Positions 59,759 to 64,000 of a stretch of DNA of 64,000 bases are shown one piece after another (within the stretch, counting starts at the first letter, position 1; every line of letters starts with the position of its first letter). Source of the stretch: Amoebophrya sp. A120 (Eukaryota; Protista; Dinoflagellata); assembly GCA_905178155.1 (NCBI GenBank), contig CAJINV010000016.1:1625102-1689101 (forward strand). Direction: 5' to 3'. The notes below the pieces were generated by a model. The model was not told the DNA's origin, did not search any database, and saw only the letters and a list, made by a program, of their open reading frames with translations. The translations under genes were made by a program, and so were the position numbers.

Positions 59759-62700
59759 CTACACTGCCCGCAGCTGCTGGTCAAAAACTCCTCCAGTGAA
59801 ACTGGTGTCATGTTCCATCGTGTAGCTACTCGCCCCGCCTGTGCTCGTCGCCCGAACCAGAATTCCGCTCTCCGCGAGCTGATTCGTGCTTGCAGTGCTC
59901 GTAGCGTGTCCCTCGGTCGTACTAGTGGTGACTGTTCTTGTCGTAGAGGCTGCAACAGCTGCTGCTGCAGCGGCTGCTGCCACCGTCGCGGACGCTCCAG
60001 CAGCACCCCCCGCCCCACTTCCGGCGTAGTTGTAGGCGCTATCCCAGGAGTCGCTCAGGTCCCAGCTCGCGTTGTAGCCGTAGAACGCACTGCTGGCGCT
60101 GCTCATGTAGTGGTCTGCAGCATTTCCGGAGTTATTCGTGGCCGCCGCAGTAGCAGCAGCACTACCATGGTTGGACGACCCAGCGGCGGCCCGGTTGTAC
60201 GAGGACCAGGAATTATGGTGCAAATGGCTACTATTTCCTCCACCGTATTTGCTCGCCCCATACTTGTGCTCTTCGCCATTGTAACTGTGGTACTTGCTTG
60301 GGACGAACTCCTCCGCCGAACTGGTCATACTGATGCTGTTCTTTCGACTGTTTGGTTGGAAAGTGTGCTTCTGGTACGACGCGGACACGTTGCTGTGATT
60401 CATGTTCTGCTGTTGTTGCGCATGATGTAATTGCTGCTGTTGTTGCAGCTGGGCTGCGTTTTGTCGTGCGGACGCGGCGTACTGGGCTGTGTAGTAGCTT
60501 TCGTAGCTCTGCGTGAGCCCGTAGTAGTTGCCGATTCTGTGTTGCTGGATCGGAGGCCGTTCTGGGCTGCTGTTGGAACAGCTACCTGATTGGTTTTTTC
60601 ACGAACAATTTGTTTGTGGTTTATTTTGTCATGCAGAGACAGGAACTACTACCACGAATGGTCATGCACAAGAACAAGAACACCACAAATTTATTGAAGT
60701 ATCCCAACAAGCACTGTGAACTAAAAATCATACCTTCATCACTATCGCAAGCAAAGCTCCCCTTCCGCCGGGTTCCCATCCAAAGCGCAACTTTCTTCCC
60801 GTTCCCCTTTGCCCCTGCGGACGTCGAGGCCGGGATGGGCAACGTGGCCTTCGGGGAGATGTTCGTCGCTCGGAGTTGTCCGTACTTCATCGCCGACCCC
60901 ACGACATTGAATTCGAAAACCTGTTGATGCAGTATATGCAATACAAATCTCGTCCCGCAGCACGCGCACAGGTACAAAGTGCTTCACAAATTTCGCCAAG
61001 TTAAAGAAGTGTAGAAACACACGATCATTACAGATACCTGTCCAATGGCCACGCCCTCCCCGCTTTTTGGCAAGTCTTGGAGTCTCACGTACACATCCCG
61101 GCCGGTCTGTGCGTAAAGCTCACGGCAGCGAAGAAAACCTGATAGGGTAAGAATGTTTTCGTTTTGTGTGTATATTTTTGTGCACAAGAACAAGACCACC
61201 TTTCACTTATCAGATGCTCTCGTGACTCGTCGTCTTCCGTAATCAAAAATCTTGCTGCATACAAGGAAATATCGTGGGTCGTGTCAAGTACCGTGCCCAT
61301 GCTCCTTCATGAAGCGCTTCAGAACGCCCGAATAGCGCAGTTGGTCGTCGATTTGGGGAAGCACCTCGGTAGCAACGGCGCCTCAAGATTCGAGTTTTGT
61401 TTTTTCGCAAGGTCGTGGACACTCACACTCGTCTCATCGACAAAATCACAAGAAACTGTAACTGAAAAAGTAAACTTTCACTTTGAACATCATATATAGA
61501 AGTCGAATTTCTACTCGCATCCCCAACTATGGTGCGCACTTCAGATTCTTTCCGCACTTCGGACTGCAAAGAGTCTAAAACTTGCAACTCGTCGAGCTTC
61601 ATTTCGTCCGAAGGGGAGGTGGTTGTCGTGGTGGTGCTGTCGGCTGCAGCCGCGGCTTCCGGCTCTACAGCAGCAGTAGTTAGAGCAGCTGGTGCCTCCT
61701 TCTCGACTGCTTCCTCCCGGCTTCTCATCGTCTCGACCAACGACATCACGTTCTCGTTCCCATCAACGGATTTTATCTCCGCAGACCCGTAGTTCGGAGA
61801 GCGGGTGCGGTTCAAAACCAACCTCCTTTGCGGTTTCATCTCAGCCTGTGATGAAGCAGAAGTAGTCTGTCCTCCGGTTGTGGTGTTGGCGCCACAGGTT
61901 TTTGATGATGCCTCATCTTCCGGGACCAGGTTATGCGGTTCTGTCGTGTGCTGGTCTGGCTCCTGTCCCTCTTGGAGAAAAACCGCTTTTTCACCAGTTG
62001 TCGTCCCAGAGGATGACAGCACGACAGGATCATGGAAAGCATTCTTCATTTCGATCGATGCAGTTGCAGCTACTGTGATACCCAAGAAGTTCTGGTGGTG
62101 GGACGATGTTGCCGCAGCAGCAGCTGCAGAACTACCCGATGCTGGCGCGCTGCTTTGTGTACTAGTCTTCGCATGAATTATATCGCAAGAAAAAAGTGTT
62201 ACAGTTACACATTGTGTTGCAGGCCAAGCAAGACAGACAAGCTCTGTCATGCCGGATATGCATCGGAGCCTCCTTTCATAGGTATTTTCCCGTAGGATTT
62301 CTGCATTGCAAGTTTTCTCTCTCATGCAGAGAAATTTGTGTTCGCTGAATTGACAACAAATGTGTAACTGTAACACTTTTTTCGTTCGATAAATTACCCT
62401 CGGCGCGACCGGGCTGTCCGGTAAAACCAAAACCTTCTTCTATCGTTTTCAAAAACGTCCCCGCCCCATAGTTGTAATGCAATTCTGCATGCTGCAAATG
62501 TTTCTCATTCGGAGCCCCATGAGAAGCGTTTTCTAGTCGTGATTTGGAATTTGTCATGCTCCAATCAGCATGGTGTGCTAGATCTGTGATGCTGCTCAGC
62601 TAGCTCAAACAGCACTACACTACGAGTCCATGTTTGTCATGCAAAACAGCCAAAACTTGTGGATTTGTCTAGCCGATTCCCCATCTTGACTATGGGGTGG

Positions 62701-64000
62701 GTACGTTTTTACATATGATATCTTCGGCGTTGGTGTGGTTTTCATCACAACGGGTTGTTTTTTGGAACTCTTCGTCCCTTCGCCTTCGAGCAAATCCGGT
62801 GTGACAACTACGTCGTTGAAGATCAATTTTTCGTCCGAGTTGTGGATCAAAACGGTCTTGCAGGTCGTGGTCAACGGGTCCGGAGAAGATTTCGTCACGG
62901 TTAACAAATCGTCTGCGGAGAAACAATCTGTTGTTCCCAGGGGGCTCGATTTCGTGCAGTCCAACGGACTGGCTTTGGTGGAAATCGAAGCGCCCAGTGG
63001 GCTGGCTTTGATCGTCGAGTTCTTACGGGAGATGAATTTTTTCGTCGCCGTGGTATTCAGCTGCAGTTGTTCTGGGTCCGATTGCATGGCTTCCTGCTTG
63101 CCTGGTGCAGTAGTACTAGTCGTGGTCCTCGTGTTGTTTGCTGTAGTGGTGCTCGTGCACGACGGTGGTCCTGCTCCAGCTGGTGGCGCACTGACGGACT
63201 TTTGCGTCACTGGGTAGTTGCTCTCGGTCTCGTCGATGCGATTTCGTCCGCACGACTCCAGAAGTTCACTCGATGATTTTCCACCACAAGAACCCTGTTC
63301 CTGCTTTGGCGATTCGATGATTTCCTCGTCCGTGGTCTGATTCAAACTCGTATAGGATTGTTGCGACGGCGATTTGTCATGCGAATCTACTTGCGAAACC
63401 GGAGATTTATCGTCGGAACTACAAGCGCCGGAAGATTCCTGCGACGGTGAAGATTTGCCGGCGTCCGATTGCGAAGAAGATGCTGCGGATAACTCCGCCG
63501 CTTCTCCTCGCCCGGAGGATGGGGAAATCAGATTGCTTTGATGTTCCGATGAGGCGGCGTTGCTGCTTGCGGCAGCTCCGGTAGTCTTTTTTGTTGCAAC
63601 TGCCGTCGTGTTCAGTGCAGCCGTCTTTGATTTCTTCAGATCGGAGGCTCTTTGCTCACTAGTTTTCTTCTTGCTGGTGGTCGTAGTTCCCGCCGACGTA
63701 GCCGCTGTGTTATTTGTTGACGAGCGTTTGGTCGTAGAAGTTGTAGTAGTCCCAGTTGCAGCTGAATTGGAGGTTGCTTTCCGATTTGTAGTCGTCGACG
63801 CTCCGGATTTATGCGACGGTGGCGCCGCGAGGACGGCACTGGTACTCGCCGAACCAGATCCAGTTTTCTTCGACTTTGAAGCTGCATTACTAACCAGCCG
63901 TCCGCTCTTCCGCATTTTCTCCTTCTCCATCTGAATTTTCGTGTAGTCTTTTCGTTCCACTACCTTCGGCGACTCTTTTTTTCCAAAACTAGCGTCCATC
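59759..64000 (-). CDS. Cold-shock-domain protein with Ser/Thr-rich N-terminal region and PAM2-like motif; 5' end probably outside the window
   Basis: Spliced RYSGVLKRFMKEHGHGFLRC..GRDVYV..GQVFEFNVV..GQLRATNI; C-terminal SMTSSAEEFVPS; 2 IR/DR plus about 4 GT-AG introns. Confidence 0.75.
60925..61036. mobile_element. Decayed introner now forming a GT-AG intron
   Basis: Perfect DR CCTGT, one intact terminus (GATA on plus), relic GCANTACAAAT-type motifs, IR largely lost. Confidence 0.55.
62181..62391. mobile_element. IR/DR introner, family C (inverted relative to 45110 and 51164)
   Basis: DR AATTA; splice gives PRVIHAKT. Confidence 0.9.
62441..62720. mobile_element. IR/DR introner, family D
   Basis: AAAAACGT.CC..CCCCATAGT IR; DR TCTTC; splice gives TPKKVLVL. 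Confidence 0.92.

Noticed and set aside
3260-63934. Numerous plus-strand and nested ORFs in the track
   Set aside because: They are antisense shadows of GC-rich low-complexity exons or read through introners (recurring FVMQ/CITN/CMTN peptides come from the TTGTNATGC motif).
1-64000. tRNA, rRNA or dinoflagellate spliced-leader relics
   Set aside because: None recognised by eye; a covariance-model or exact-match scan would be needed to exclude them.

Overview
Eukaryotic nuclear DNA, most consistent with the parasitic dinoflagellate Amoebophrya (Syndiniales); the organism call is inferred from gene architecture. All ten supported genes lie on the minus strand: an exostosin/GT47 glycosyltransferase (partial), a membrane protein with degenerate FkbM-like and CE4/NodB-like domains, two tandem paralogous multi-TM proteins, a 3xKH protein, a RAD9-like clamp subunit, a PX-domain protein, two cold-shock-domain proteins (one partial, with a PAM2-like motif) and a 24-exon coiled-coil protein. 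The dominant signal is about 30 MITE-like elements (130-311 bp) inside coding exons. They typically start TAT and end ATA, carry terminal inverted repeats and a 5-bp direct repeat (DR), and removing the element plus one DR copy restores the reading frame in every case I traced by hand. Most cannot be GT-AG introns. IR/DR introners are already known from Amoebophrya (Farhat et al. 2021, BMC Biology). This window also shows rules I cannot confirm are described: the same family sits in both orientations within one gene, all families share an internal TTGTNATGC motif, elements cluster around micro-exons of mostly 40-76 nt, and particular DR sequences give a route to canonical GT-AG introns. Also present: a 1.2-kb PIF/Harbinger-like MITE (TAA TSD) in an intron, two GC-rich non-coding islands and near-perfect palindromes. 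Exon models are manual and not verified by RNA data.
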